Origin: Mytilus edulis
Lineage: Eukaryota
Length of the DNA: 64,000 nucleotides
Assembly: GCF_963676685.1 (NCBI RefSeq)
Contig: NC_092352.1
Location: 71,052,001 to 71,116,000, forward strand
Direction of reading: 5' to 3'
Below the pieces are notes generated by a model that had not been told where the DNA came from, did not search any database, and saw only the letters and a list, made by a program, of their open reading frames with translations. The first letter of the stretch is position 1. Every line of letters begins with the position of its first letter. The position numbers were made by a program, and so were the translations under genes. Positions 40,424 through 54,297 of this stretch are shown one piece after another.

Positions 40424-40622
40424 TAAAATTGAGAATGGAAAAGGGGAATGTGCCAAAGAGACAACAACCCGACCATAGAGCAGACAACAGAAGGTCACCA
40501 ACAGGTCTTCAATGCAACGAGAAATTCTCGCACCCGGAGGCATCCCTCAGCTGGCCCCTAAACAAATATATACTAGTTCAGTGATAATGAACACCATACT
40601 AAACTCCAAATTGTACACAAGA
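40424..40622 (+). repeat. Abundant interspersed repeat (aaattgagaatggaaatggggaatgtg...)
   Basis: Other copies at ~6941-7055 (+), ~8704-8775 (+) and ~36570-36768 (-). Confidence 0.75.
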
Positions 40623-40768
40623 AATCTTCATATTGAAAACCTGCAGCCTAAAATCAATAATAAGTAAGAGACAATTCAGTATGTGCCCTCTTGTTTTTAC
40701 TGTGGCAATCACAAGGCATTGGGTTATTAAATATATCTAAATCCTAAAAAATGTATGAAAGAAATTAT

Positions 40769-41803
40769 TCAATTTTTATTCACATTCACATGAACTCTAT
40801 TTATATGTCTCTGCACATGCTGACTTAGTCGAAATTCTTTACCACACACACCACATGAAAATGATTTTTCACCTGTGTGTATAGCATAATGATTTGTCAA
40901 GTTGTGACGATTACGAAAAGCCTTATCACACATATCACATTTATAAGGTTTTTCACCCGTATGTATTCTTAAATGAGATCTCAAGCTATGATGCTGATTA
41001 AAACTGTGCCCACATATAACACATTTGTATGGTTTTTCACCCGTATGGATGCTCATGTGCCTCGTTTTCGAATTTTTCTGACCAAATTGTTTCCCACATA
41101 CTTCACAAGAATATGGTTTTTCACCAGTATGGGTTGTTGCATGCATTTTAAGATTTTCAGCCAATCGGAATTCTTTCCCACAGATACCACAAGGATATGG
41201 TTTTTCACCTGTATGTTGTCGATGATGAACTTGAAGATGTCCACTCTGACTGAATGCTTTCCCGCACGTTTCACATCTATGAGATTTTTCACCAGTATGT
41301 GTTTTTAAATGTCTTGTCAAGCTTTGACTCTGAGTAAACTCTTTATTGCACAGATTACACTTATAATGTCTTTCGTTAGTATGGGTTTTAACATGTCTTT
41401 TTAAATTTCCTTTTTGGACGAATTGTTTTCCACATTCTTCACATTTATAAGGTTTGTCACCAGAATGTGTTTTTAAATGTGCATTTAAATTACTTATTTG
41501 TGTAAACACTTTATCACAGATGCCGCAATTAAATTGTTTTTCACCTGTGTGTATCACCATGTGTTTTTGCAGCGTTCCTTTTTGAGTGAACATTTTACCA
41601 CATTCATCACATTTATAACGTTTGTATCCAGTATGCGTAGGGTAATGTAATTTTAAGTAGCTAGGTTTCGTAAACTCTTTACCACATAGATCACATCTGC
41701 AACATTTAACGCTAGTATTAGAGAGTTTCAGGTTTTCAGTGTAATTCAACTCTTTATATACAAGTTCTTCAGTAATGAGGGATATTTCTCTTAAAGTTTC
41801 CAT
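40769..41803 (-). CDS. C2H2 zinc-finger protein, 11 tandem fingers, no effector domain seen
   Basis: Uninterrupted ORF from ATG 41803 (METLRE...) with 11 CxxC-12x-HxxxH fingers and TGEKPY linkers. Putative 5' UTR splice sites: acceptor at 41933, donor gtgagt at 43323-43328. Confidence 0.9.
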   Translation of the reverse strand: METLREISLITEELVYKELNYTENLKLSNTSVKCCRCDLCGKEFTKPSYLKLHYPTHTGYKRYKCDECGKMFTQKGTLQKHMVIHTGEKQFNCGICDKVFTQISNLNAHLKTHSGDKPYKCEECGKQFVQKGNLKRHVKTHTNERHYKCNLCNKEFTQSQSLTRHLKTHTGEKSHRCETCGKAFSQSGHLQVHHRQHTGEKPYPCGICGKEFRLAENLKMHATTHTGEKPYSCEVCGKQFGQKNSKTRHMSIHTGEKPYKCVICGHSFNQHHSLRSHLRIHTGEKPYKCDMCDKAFRNRHNLTNHYAIHTGEKSFSCGVCGKEFRLSQHVQRHINRVHVNVNKN

Positions 41804-42639
41804 TTTCAAGAAACAAACAAATATGCCCTGGTCAAGAGGTTTCAGTCTGTAAGTATCAGGAAAACTGTTGTTTATCCATTAATCTCAGTGAGATTTTCAG
41901 AAAAAGCTGTTCTTTGACCCAGTGAGCTGCATCTGAAGAACAAAAATATTGATACAGTGACCTTAATACACGGATAAATCTCCTGTTGACAGAGGTAGCT
42001 TAATCGGCAGAAAATGTTGTTTCTAAAAAAGTATGTGTGCTTGATTATCAGAAATAATAACTGTTGTTGTAACAGTGGTTAACAGAAAAGCTGTCGTTCA
42101 ATTTGTAGAAAGACTGTCCTTACCAGAATAAGTGGATATCAGCAGACTGACATTACAGAAAACAAATTAATGAATATTATAGAATGATGCAATGTTTTTT
42201 AATAAAAATCAAATTATATTTTATAATCTTCAACAATTAACATGATTAATTTTTAAATTGTTCTTTGTTTTTTGGAGGGAGTGGCTCTTTGATTGTTGTT
42301 TTAAAATATCTACAGATGGCATTTGCAATTAATTTTCACGGACAATATGTTAGTGTTGTTGTGTTGTTGTTTTTTTGCAGGGGGGGTTACTGATTCACTA
42401 CTGCTGATACAAAATTTTACCATATAAAAAAAAGTCATGCAAATCAGTATTCTATTTTAATTGTAAATGTCTTGAAAACATTTTTTTTTTTTTAGATAAA
42501 TAATATCCCCAGAGACACATTTAATTATGTATATTATACAATCATGACAATATTGTAGTCATTGTAGTATACATGGTACAGTGTATATGTCTCTGATGTC
42601 ACTTATTGTGTTACATACCTTTTGTGTACATCACATTAT

Positions 42640-42784
42640 CAGAGGCAGATTTCCGGCCCCCCCTTTTGAGAAAAAAATTTGGTTGCTTATATATATAGGG
42701 AATCACTGAAGCGGAGACGAAATCGGGCCCCCTCTTAGGCAGCCAGTGGGCCCCCACTAATGAAAATTTCTAGATCCGCCACTG
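42640..42784. mobile_element. Same MITE family (hAT5-like)
   Basis: attat-cagaggcagattt...agatccgccactg-attat; a decayed copy lies at ~42893-43064. Confidence 0.75.
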
Positions 42785-44045
42785 ATTATAATACCTATTT
42801 CTTTGGAAGATAAATTGAGTGTATCCTTTTGTCTTTAGAAGTATTAACCTTTTTATTGTTTTATAAATAAACAAGCTCTGATATGCTTTCATAAGAGGGG
42901 GATTTATGAAAGAGGACTCCTGCTGAGAGGACTCCTGCTGAGAGCACCCCTTTGAAGGAAAAAAATTGGTTGATTATATTGTGAATCAATGAAGCATGAC
43001 TGGATCCCCCCCCCCCTTTTTTTTTCCTTTACCCCCGTTTTGAAGATTTCTGGATCTTCCACTGTTCAATGCAATATAAATAATCTTGAAATCAAAGACA
43101 TATAATACAACTCTGTTCAGTTGAAATCAAAGCCAAACAAAGTGAGTCACGGTTCATAATATTTTCTTGTAAGGATTGGAAATTTGGAAGCATTACCTTG
43201 AAACGCATGGAAATTTCTCATAAACATTAATGAATTTTTCAACTTTATAAATGTAACCATTGAATACAGCTATTTACACAGAAATTACCAATAAACATAA
43301 ATACATATATATATATATATTTACTCACACAACAATCGTCTGAAAATGTGAAGATTTTCCAAGAGAGATAACTCTAAAGGTTAACGGCCTATCATAGGCG
43401 GAGAATTCAAAGATGCATTGTGTATATTGATTTGTAATTTTTTGCCAAGGAAGCTCACTGGAAAAAATCTGATAAAGGGAGAATTCCATATAATAATAGA
43501 TTTATATTAAATGTATCACAAATGTTAGGCCTCATAGAAAAATGCTAACTTATGTAGCGAGAGATGTAGCCATGGTAGAATGTGTTCTCAACTAAAATTT
43601 GTAATTCTCATATGCTTAAAGAGAATTTTTTGACAATTTTTGAATTTTTAAGGTAAAATTATGTTGTATTCTAATAAATTTTTCAATGTCCAGAGAAAAT
43701 GTAACGGCCATGTTCCATATTCAGAATATTTCTACTATATTGCATTTGTTTAAGTATCAACATATGCTCATTTTACCAAAAATCATACTAATTCATTTAT
43801 TTCTATGAATAGTAGATGCTACATAATGAATTTTATTGGGTCTTAAAGATTATGGATGCTCTCTCGATTATTTTAACAACTTTTGTAGTTGTGAAATTGT
43901 TTTGTATAAAAAGCACTTCTTATTTCTGTACATAGCATATTTCAAAAAAGTGTCTGCGGATAATGAAGAAAACGATTAAAATTGCATCTTCACTTTTGAT
44001 AGATGCTGATGTAATTCTTTTAATTTCATATTGAATACCTCAACG

Positions 44046-44425
44046 TTTGGATGCTGGCTTCCAATTATTTATAGATTCTGGCATCCCAACATATCCGGAA
44101 ACTGACATCCCAACATATCTGGATGCTGGCATCCCAATATATCTGGATGCTGGCATCCCAAAATATCCGGATGCTGGATACCCAATATATCTGGATGCTG
44201 CCATCCCAAAATATCGGGATGCTGGCATCTCAATATATTTGGATGCTGGCATCCCAAAATATCGGGATGCTGGCATCCCAAAATATTCGGATGCTGGCAT
44301 CCCAATATATCTGGATGCGGGCATCCCAAAATATCGGGATGCTGGCATCTCAATATATCTGGATGCTGACATACCAAAATATCCGGATGCTGGCTTCCCA
44401 AAATATAGGGATTCTGGCATCACAA
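44046..44425 (+). repeat. 24-bp minisatellite with internal palindrome GGATGC-TG-GCATCC (~15 units)
   Basis: Directly visible; causes periodic ORFs in four frames. Confidence 0.92.
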
Positions 44426-45515
44426 CCTTGCAGACATGTGCCATTTTTCATTATGACACGAATTTAAATGCTGCTTTCTAATCAATTGGATTTTAGTGTT
44501 AATCCACCAATATATCACACAGTACATTTCCTAAGGTTTTGATGTGTGTTGAATGCATATGAAAACAATCAAGTAAACATAAAAAAAAGCTACTGATGAA
44601 TGCCGGGAAGATTATATTTTTAGTCTTTGTTCATGTCCAGTGGCCAGTTTAATGCATATTGAGAATGTGACATCATAGGTCAGAGTGTGAAATGTATACT
44701 TGACCAACAAACTGAGTCTGAATTGTAAAGTGCTAGTTGACCATGTGAATGCTGATGTCAACAATTTGATATTTATAATTAACTATGTCAATGTACTACC
44801 GGTAAGTTTCCAATAATTAGCCAATTTTAATGTTATTTTCTGAATTTGATTACCATTATGTAAGACATGAGGTATACATGTTATTGACTATTGTGGTCTC
44901 GAGACAATACATTTATATATGATGACATCAGGACTATAATTTTCAAATCTGATATGCTCATGTTTCGAATGTTCATAGATTTTTTTTTTTAAATAAGCTT
45001 AATGCAATTGCCAGCTGAAATCATATCAAGTTTAGTAGTTTCCAAGGCTTTCAGAAATCAACTGGACAAAATTTAAAAAAAAATGCTGCTCATCTTGTAC
45101 GGTATTTTATCAATCAAATGAATTTGCCCAATGACCATCAACCTTGGGAATTTCTGATGAACTGAGTCATCCAGGACAAACACTCTACAAAACGGATTGG
45201 TGACTGTACCTTTAATAAAATCCTAAATATGAGGTGCGTTATATTTAAACCTGCATAATAATTTTGTTTTGTGTCTATGAGAAACCCCATTGGCATCCAA
45301 TGTATAAATTAAGGAGATTTGTTTCCCGCAATTTGCCTGTATACAATAAAACGTGTACCACAATGCAATATTTAAAAATAATCTATTATTGATACTAGTG
45401 CACAGTGTCTATGATCTGTACGTAATGGATATTGTCAGTATCTTTGGACTTGCTGTATACATCTTCCAATGAGTCAGTACATCATGTCAGGATCTTCTAG
45501 TACTTGAGCCTTTCA

Positions 45516-46604
45516 TTTTATTGTCGAGCCTGCAACTTTTGTTGCAGAAAGCTCGACATAGGGATAGTGATCCGGCGGCGGCGGCGGTGTTAGCTAACTT
45601 CTTAAAAGCTTTATATTTTAGAAGGTGGAAGACCTGGATGCTTCATACTTTGTATATAGATGCCTCATGTTACGAAGTTTCCGTCAGTCACATGTCCAAT
45701 GTCCTTGACCTCATTTTCATGGTTCAGTGACCACTTGAAAAAAAAGTTCAAATTTTTTGTAATGTTTAATTCTCTCTTATTATAAGTAATAGGATAACTA
45801 TATTTCATATGTGCGTACCTTGCAAGGTCCTCATGTCTGTCAGACAGTTTTCACTTGACCTCGACCTCATTTCATGGATCAGTGAACAAGGTTAAGTTTT
45901 GGTGGTCAAGTCCATATCTCAGATACTATAAGCAATAGGGCTAGTATATTCGGTGTATGGAAGGACTGTAAGGTGTACATGTCCAACTGGTAGGTGTCAT
46001 CTGACCTTGACCTCATTTTCATGGTTCAGTGGTTATAGTTAAATTTTTGTGTTTTGGTCTGTTTTTCTCATACTATATGCAATAGGTCTACTATATTTGT
46101 TGTATGGAATGATTGTAAGGTGTACATGTCTAGCGGGCAGATGTCATGTGACCTTGACCTCATTTTTATGGTTCAGTGGTCAATGTTAAGTTTTTGAGTT
46201 TTGGTCTTTTTATCTAATACTCTATGCTTACGTCAACTATATTTGGTGTATGGAAAATTTTATGATCTTTATGTCAGTCGCGCAGGTTTTATTTGACCGT
46301 GACCTCATTTTCACGGTTCATTGCACAATGTAAAGTTTTTGTGGTTTGGTCTATTTGTCTTAAACTATTAGTAATAGGTCAACTATATATGTTGTATAGA
46401 AGCATTGTTAGCTGTACATGTCTGCCTGGCATGGTTCATCTGACCTTGACCTCATTTTTAAGGTTCATTGGTCTTTGTTTAGTTATCTTGGTTAATGTTA
46501 AGTTTATGTGACAGTTGTTATAATGCTTAACTTTATACTTAGGACTCAACATAATATCAATGATTAGTATAGAAGGCGAGACATTTCAGTGTGTGCACTC
46601 TTGT
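45516..46604 (+). mobile_element. HINE-like element with internal tgaccttgacctcattttcatggttcag tandem units
   Basis: ~150-bp units repeated ~6 times; starts ttttattgtcgagcc, ends gtgtgcactcttgtt. Confidence 0.65.
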
Positions 46605-48284
46605 TAACAAAACTTACATTTTCTTTATTACAATCATTATTAAACTTGTATCTTTTTTTCTGTATTTTAAAATTTCAATATTTGTTAATCATTTAATCAA
46701 ATCAGTTACACGAAGTGGAACTTTCAAACTTTCTATTAGCATGTATTGCTAGTGATCTGAAATCAGCTGGAATCACAAAAGATCTGGTGCTGTTTGGATG
46801 ATTCGTCGTCTGAGTTTAACCTGTCCAATAACTATAAAGTGTTGCGATACATTAATACACAACACATGAATAGTAACCAGAAAGGTGAAGCCACTAAAGT
46901 CTTCTTTACAAATGCTGAAAAGAGAAATAAATAATTATATGAAATATTATCAACAATAAATTTTCGTTGTAACATCACACCACTAGGGAACGAAAAAACA
47001 CATTATTATTCGAAGAAAACCTTCATTTAAACTTCTTTTAAATTAAGTTTTCCACACCAATATATGCCTGTTGTTACTATTCAAAACACATACATTTGAC
47101 ATATGAACCACTAGTTCAATTGATTTTTTTATGGAACAACATCCAGGTCTATACTGTACATTATGAAAGGGAGAAAAGTGTTTTTTTTAGAAATACATCC
47201 TACATGTATTTAGCGACTTTCGTGAAATTTAATTCCCATCTAAGGGTGTATTCGGTTAACACTTTTTTTGAATTTGTGTGTTGTTTTTTTTTATTTTAGC
47301 CTAGTCCTGGAACACAAAACTCTTGTATCGATATTTACATTTTCCTCAATTTTCGTATTTTCTTTTCATTTATTTTGCAAATTTGCTATATATATGCATT
47401 GCTTTTATTATCAAGCTTCCACCGAGCTTCGTTTAAAAAAAAAGAAATAAATCACGAAAATATCAGCTTAAAATCATTTATGAAAAGATGACTCCGAGGC
47501 ATATCTGTAAGACTAGCTTGACCCATAAAACTATACATGTAACCTATTATTATTAATTCCTGCCAGTAAGCTAAGTACAAAATGTATATATATTAGAGTA
47601 AATTTATTTTGAAATCGGCAAATCTGTTATGTATGATAAGCGTTTCTTTCTTTTAAAACATAGTATTTCAAATTTTACATTCAATCTGATTCATATATGA
47701 CTATGCAGTATGGGTTTTGTTCATTGTTGGAGGCCATATGCCGACATTTAATTGTAAACTACTTAGTCATATTAGTGCTATATTATTTGGTCTCAGTCCG
47801 GTGGAGAGTTGTCTCATTAGCAATCATACCATTACTCAAATATTACTCGGACTCCAAACGGCTGCTTTGCAAGACAAGCTAGGCCCATGAGCGTAGGAAG
47901 TCAAGACTCAGAGTAATCTCGGACGGGCACAAGTTAACTGGTTTTAGACCCTTGCAAAAAAAAGGCAAACACATTCAATTTTCTAGACCGAAAATCAATC
48001 TGAAATTAAGTTTTTCATACTTTATTTTTCTTGAACTCAAAGGACTCTTACCAGTGATGCATTTTAATGATTTTCTTATAGGTTGTCTAGAGGTAAACAA
48101 ATTAATTTTGCGGACCCAATATTTTTACTGGCCATGGCCATATTGATGGTGGTTAATCGTCTCGGTGGGGTTTATGTCGATAATATTTTTGTCAAAACTA
48201 TTCATAACTTCATGAAAAAGTACATATTTCCATAATGCAAAAAAAAAAAAATATATGTGTATTTCCTATTTCCATACCTATAAC

Positions 48285-48455
48285 CAAAATAACGGGATGC
48301 AAGCATCTCAGTAAAACGGGATGCCAGCATCTCAATAAAACGGGATGCCAGCATCCCAATATGACTGGATGCCAGCATCCCAATAAAACGGCATGCCAGC
48401 AGCATCCCAATATGAATGGATGCCATTTCAATATATAGGAAATCCAGCATCCCCA
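48285..48455 (-). repeat. Inverted counterpart of the 24-bp minisatellite (gggatgccagcatccc)
   Basis: ~6 units whose core is the reverse complement of the 44.0-44.4 kb core. Confidence 0.85.
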
Positions 48456-49621
48456 AAAAATAAAAAAAATATTTAAAAAAAAAATATATGCAAAACTAGC
48501 ATCCTAGTAAAAGTAAGATGCTCCAGTACATTATTATTTTAACAACAGCATCTGCATCAAATTTTAATGCTGGAAGCATATAAAATCAAACAGACAGCAT
48601 ATGTACTATAAAAAGATGCTACCTTATACAAAATATGAAATAAATTCAGAAATACTTTGACAAATTATTCAAAATTAGCATCTTTTCATTGACATATGCT
48701 ATTTCCTAGTTATTTCACGGAATGTATGAAAAAAACTGTACATGAGAATTTGAAATTTTAGTTGAGAACGCATTGTAGCCGCCGACTCTGATTAAAATAT
48801 TTTAATTAAAAAACCGACAAAATAGCATATTTCTACAGCATAAAAGCGTACTTTTTTCATTTTTTCTTTAGTACTACAAGGAATTAAACCAATAATACAT
48901 CAGTGTAATACATAGCCTCAATTTCTTACTTAATGTTTTGTTATCAGAGTGTTTATTGAATATGCGTATCATAGTCTATAAATATATCACTATATTTGAG
49001 AATGTTGTCCACTTTTTTCTCATTTCATCAAAACCATACTTCTATATATAATAACATTTATCAACAAGAGCAATTTATTAATCTCGAAGCTAAATAACTG
49101 CGAGTAGGTCTGAAAAATGACGAAACGTATTTCATAACCAAAAGAGAAAAAAGCCTGAACATTAGTCATACACAAAATATTATTACATAAAAAAAATGAG
49201 CACTTCATTTCATAATTATTCTAGATACAATTTATTTTACAATAATCTTTGTCAATCATCCATATGACATTTGGACCAATTGTTGTACATGAAGAATTAA
49301 ACAATAACAGAAGTGACCATTGGCAAAAATTAAAGTGACCATTACTCCAATTATGTAAATCTATCCTGCAGACAAATATTAACCTTTTAAAGAACATGGA
49401 AGATCAAATGTTATAAAAACATACTAGCAACGTCTGAGAATCAAGCATTTAATATCATTATTCACTACACGTTGACATCTAAGTATTTAAACGATTCCGG
49501 ACCAGTGTGACCATTGTAAAGATTTTTACTTTCGATCATTCAAATTTTTGTATTTCTTGTAAAACGATATTATTCATTTCACTTCACATTCGTTTAAATT
49601 TGAGAAAAAATCCGTATTGAT

Positions 49622-50551
49622 ATGATGCATGAGGTTGAGGATTTAGTCACACCTAACGATACCTTACAAAGACACACAAGAACACAGACTGGTAATACAC
49701 TTCATGAATGTGATGTTAGTGCAAGAGAATTTAGTAAAGGTGTAGATATGAAGAAACACACGAGAACACACACTGGTGGAAACCGTCATGTATGTGATAT
49801 ATGTGGTAAAAGGTTTAGTCAGAATGGTGGTTTACAGATGCACATGAGAACGCATACGGGTCATAAACCCTATGCATGTGATGTGTGTGGTAAAGGGTTT
49901 AGTCAGAATGGTGGTTTACAGAGTCACATGAAAACACATACAGGTGATAAACCCTATGCATGTGATGTGTGTGATAAAGGATTTAGTCAGCATGGAAGTT
50001 TACAGATTCACATGAGAACACATACAGGTGATAAACCCTGTGTCTGTAATGTATGTGGTAAAGGATTTAGTCAGAATGGTAGTTTACAGATTCACATGAG
50101 AACACATACAGGTGATAAACCTCATGTCTGTGATGTATGTGGTCAAGGGTTTCGTCAGAAAAGTCATTTACGGGTTCACTTGAGAACACATACAGGTGAT
50201 AAACTTATATGTAAACTCCATGCATGTGATGTATGTGGTAAAGGGTTTAGATGGCAAGGTAATTTACGGAGACACATGAGAACACATACAGGTGATAAAC
50301 CCCATGAATGCGATGTATGTGGCAAAGATTTTAGTCATCTTGGTAATTTGCAGATTCACATCCGAAGACATACAGGTGACAAACCCCATGCATGTGATGT
50401 ATGTGGTAAAGCATTTATTGAACTTGGCGAGTTTAAGAGACACATTAGAATACATACAGGTGATAAACCTCATGACTGTGGTGTATGTGGTAAAGGGTTT
50501 ATTCAGCATTATAATTTAAAGCGTCACATGAAAATACATACAGGTGATTAA
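49622..50551 (+). CDS. C2H2 zinc-finger protein, unit A (9 intact + 1 degenerate finger)
   Basis: 309-aa open ORF with TGDKP linkers; ends at TGD* where the linker Lys is replaced by TAA. Confidence 0.8.
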   Translation: MMHEVEDLVTPNDTLQRHTRTQTGNTLHECDVSAREFSKGVDMKKHTRTHTGGNRHVCDICGKRFSQNGGLQMHMRTHTGHKPYACDVCGKGFSQNGGLQSHMKTHTGDKPYACDVCDKGFSQHGSLQIHMRTHTGDKPCVCNVCGKGFSQNGSLQIHMRTHTGDKPHVCDVCGQGFRQKSHLRVHLRTHTGDKLICKLHACDVCGKGFRWQGNLRRHMRTHTGDKPHECDVCGKDFSHLGNLQIHIRRHTGDKPHACDVCGKAFIELGEFKRHIRIHTGDKPHDCGVCGKGFIQHYNLKRHMKIHTGD

Positions 50552-51609
50552 CTACGTGAATTTGATGTATGTGATAAAAGATTTAGTCAGCATGAAAGTT
50601 TACAGGTTTATATGAGAACACATACAGGTGATTAACTCTATGAATGTGATGTATGTGGTAAAGGATTTAGTTTACATGGTAGTTTACAGATTCACACGAG
50701 AACACATACAGACGATAAACCTTATGACTGTGATGTATGTGGTGAAGGGTTTAGTCAGAATGGTAGTTGACAGATCCACATGAGAACACATACAGGGGAT
50801 GAACCTCGTGTCTGTGATGTGTGTGGTAAGGGGTTGAGTCGGAAAAATTGTTTACAGATTCACATAAAACACATACAGGTGATAACCTGCATGCATGTGA
50901 GGTATGTTGCAAACGATTTAGTCTTAGTAAATTGCAGATCCACATTTAAAGACATACAGGTAACAAACCCCATAAATGCGATGTATGTGGTAAAGGATTT
51001 AATCAGCATGGTCGTTTACAAATTCACACGAAAACACATCCCGTGTCTGTGATGTATGTGGTATAGGATTTATTAGCATGGTAGTTTACAGATTCACATG
51101 AGAACATATGCAGGTGATTAACCCCATGTCTGTGATGTATGTGGTAAAGGATACAGATTCACATGCTCGGGAACACATGCAGGTGGTTAACTCCATGAAG
51201 GTGATGTATGTGGTTAAGGGTTAATACAGCATGGCACTTACAGATTCACATTAGAACACATGCAGGTGATGATCTCTGTGAATGTGATGTATGTGGTAAA
51301 GGATTTATTCAGCATGGTTCTTTACAGATTCACACGAGAACACATGCAGGTGATAAACCCCATGTCTGTGATGTATGTGGTAAAGGGTTTAGTCAGCAAG
51401 GTACTTAACCGATTCACATGAGAACACATGCAGTTGATAAACCCTATGTCTGTGATGTATGTGGTAAAGGGTTTAGTCAGCATGGTAGTTTACAGATTCA
51501 CATGAGAACACATGCAGGTGATAAACCCCATGTCTATGATGTATATGGTAAAGGGTTTAGTCAACAAGGTACTAAACCGATTCACATGAGAACACATGCA
51601 GGAAACTAG
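50552..51609 (+). pseudogene. Degenerate zinc-finger tail of unit A
   Basis: 84-bp finger repeats continue past the stop with further stops and frameshifts. Confidence 0.8.
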
Positions 51610-52734
51610 GAGCAGTATACATAATTGTATTATATGTCTCTACAGGTACTTGTCTCAGACTTTGTTTCCCCTATATACATTAACACTGTTATATTAAGGT
51701 ATATAGGGAAAACAATGAGACAAGTGTCTGTGTATGTCTCTGGTTGTATAATGTGTCTCTAGTATCGCTATACATGCAACTCCTTGCTTTTTATGTTAAA
51801 CCGTGTGATATTTTGACTTAAGTTCAAATAAAGTATTTCCATGTCGAAACTATACCTTTTTCTGACATGTGTGGACAATGCAGCATATAAGCTGATTAGA
51901 GCTACTGGTTTTAGAGTACAGAAACCGATAATTCTTATTTGAGCACAGTGCAAATATGCTCTCCTATTTAAAGTTTTTTTTTTCAAAAGAAGCTTTCAAC
52001 AAAGGTTCTTCAGCTATCCAAAGTCCGTAGGCTTTCATTTGATATCAAGACTTACCGAAATATGTTACTTGTTGTTTTGTTTTAAATATGTACCTCTGTC
52101 TGATCTGGTACTAATTAGTAGTGCAGTATACCTATAACTGAACCAAAATAAAATGACTTCTGTTTTACACAATGAAAACTATATATGGATAATAATAGTG
52201 ACCAATGTGACTCAGACTCTTCCCATTAACACCAGTTCTAATTTGTTAATATCTACTCAAATGGAAAATGTCTTACCTAAGTGTCTTTCCTTTTGTCATC
52301 AGATTGTTTATTAAATATTAATATAAAAGTCTTTGCATCAAATATAAATGAGATTTTTGTCCACATTTTTGGAACTAACGGGAAGTTTGTTTTTTATCAA
52401 ACCGGCATACCTCAATATAATCTGGGACTATTATACTAACATAGTCTCATAGTCTCAGATATAATTACATTTATCAACAAGAGCAATTTATTTATCTCGA
52501 AGCTAAATGACTGCGAGTAGGTCTGAAAAAAAAGACGAAACTTATTTCAAAACCAAAAGAGAAAAAAAGCCTGAACATTAGACATACACAACATATATTA
52601 TTACATAACAAAACCAAATGAGAACTTCATTTTATGAATAGTCTATATACAATTTATTTTACAATCATCTTTGCCAATCATTCATATGACATTTGGACAA
52701 ATTGTTGTACATGAAGAATTAAACAATAAAAGAA

Positions 52735-54297
52735 GTGAATTATAATTTAAAGCTTCATATGAAAACGCACACAGGCGATACAATTCATGACTGTGGTGTA
52801 TGTGGTAAAGAATTTAATCGGTATAGTAGTTTACAGATTCACATGAGAACACATACAGGTGATACACATACACGTGATACACCTTATGTCTGTGATGTAT
52901 GTGGTAAAGGATTTAGTCAGAATGGTAGTTTACAGATTCACACGAGAACACATACAGGCGATTAACTCCGTTAATGTGATGTATGTGGTAAATGATTTAG
53001 TCAACATGGTAGTTTTAAGATTCACATGAGAACACATGCAGGTGACAAACCTTATGTCTATGATGTATGTGGTAAAAGATTTAATCAGCATGAAAGTTTA
53101 CAGATTCACATGAGAACACATGCAGGTGACTTAATCCGTGAATGTGATGTACGTGGTAAATGATTTAGTCAACATGGTAGTTTTAAGATTCACATGAGAA
53201 CACATGCAGGTGACAAACCTTATGTCTATGATGAATGTGGGAAAGGGTTTAGTCAGAATAGTAGTTTACAGATTCACATGAAAATGCATACAGGTGATTA
53301 ATTCCGTGAATGTGATGTATGAAAAGGACTTAGTCAGCATGGTAGTTTACAGATTCACATGAGAACACTTGCAGATGATAAACCCCATGTATTTGGTAAA
53401 GGATTTAGTCAGCATGGTAGTTTACATATTCACACGAGAACACATTCAGGTGATAAAACCCATGTCTGTGATGTATGTGGTAAAGGATTTAGTCGGCATT
53501 GTAGATTACAGATTCACACGACAACACATTCGGGTGATTAACTCCATGACTGTGATGTATTTGGTAAAGGATTTGTTCTGTATGGTTGTTTACAGATTCA
53601 CATGAGAACATATGCAGGTGATTTACCCCGTGTCTATGATGTATGTGGTAAAGGATATAGGAAGTATGGTAGTTTACAGATTCACATGAGAACACAATAT
53701 GTGTTTACCCCGTGTCTGTGATGTATGTTATTAAGGATTTAGTCAGTATGGTAGTTTACAGATTAACATGAGAACACATACAGGTGTTTAACCCCGTCTC
53801 TGTAATGTATAATGTTATAAGGGATTTAGTCAGTATGGTAGTTTACAGATTAACATGAGAACACAACATGTGATTTACGCCGTGTCTGGGATGTATGTGG
53901 TAAAGGATTTAATCAGTGTGGTACTTAACAGATTCACATGAGAACACATTCAGGTGTTTAACCCCGTCTCTGTGATGTATAATGTTATAAAGGATTTAGT
54001 TAGTATGGTACTTAACAGATTCACATGAGAACACAACATGTGATTTACCCCGTGTCTGTGATGTATGTGGTAAAGGATTTAGTCAGTATGGTACTTAACA
54101 GATTCACATGAGAACACATTCAGGTGTTTAACCCCGTCTCTGTGATGTACAATGTTATAAAGGATTTAGTCAGTATGGTACTTAACAGATTCACATGAGA
54201 ACACAACATGTGATTTACCCCGTGTCTGTGATGTATGTTATGAAGGATTCAGTCAGCATGGTACTTAAAAGATTCACACGAGAACAAATGTAGGTAA
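52735..54297 (+). pseudogene. Zinc-finger unit B, 5'-deleted pseudogene
   Basis: The upstream region (agaagtga, 52738) is joined directly to the QHYN-type finger; many stops; ~169-bp dimer repeats at ~53700-54240. Confidence 0.8.

Larger units (their letters stand above)
43456..48905. mobile_element. Putative non-autonomous DNA transposon with long degenerate subterminal inverted repeats
   Basis: aatgtgttctcaactaaaatttgtaattctcat (43579-43611) is inverted at 48741-48773; inverted minisatellite blocks inside; possible left end cactggaaaaaa. Outer limits are uncertain. Confidence 0.5.

Noticed and set aside
44040-44481. CRISPR-like array or repetitive proteins (DAGIPKY / QHPDILGC ORFs)
   Set aside because: The 10-bp 'spacers' are near-identical, the period is only 24 bp, there are no cas genes and the context is eukaryotic. 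ORFs in four frames are a by-product of the minisatellite.
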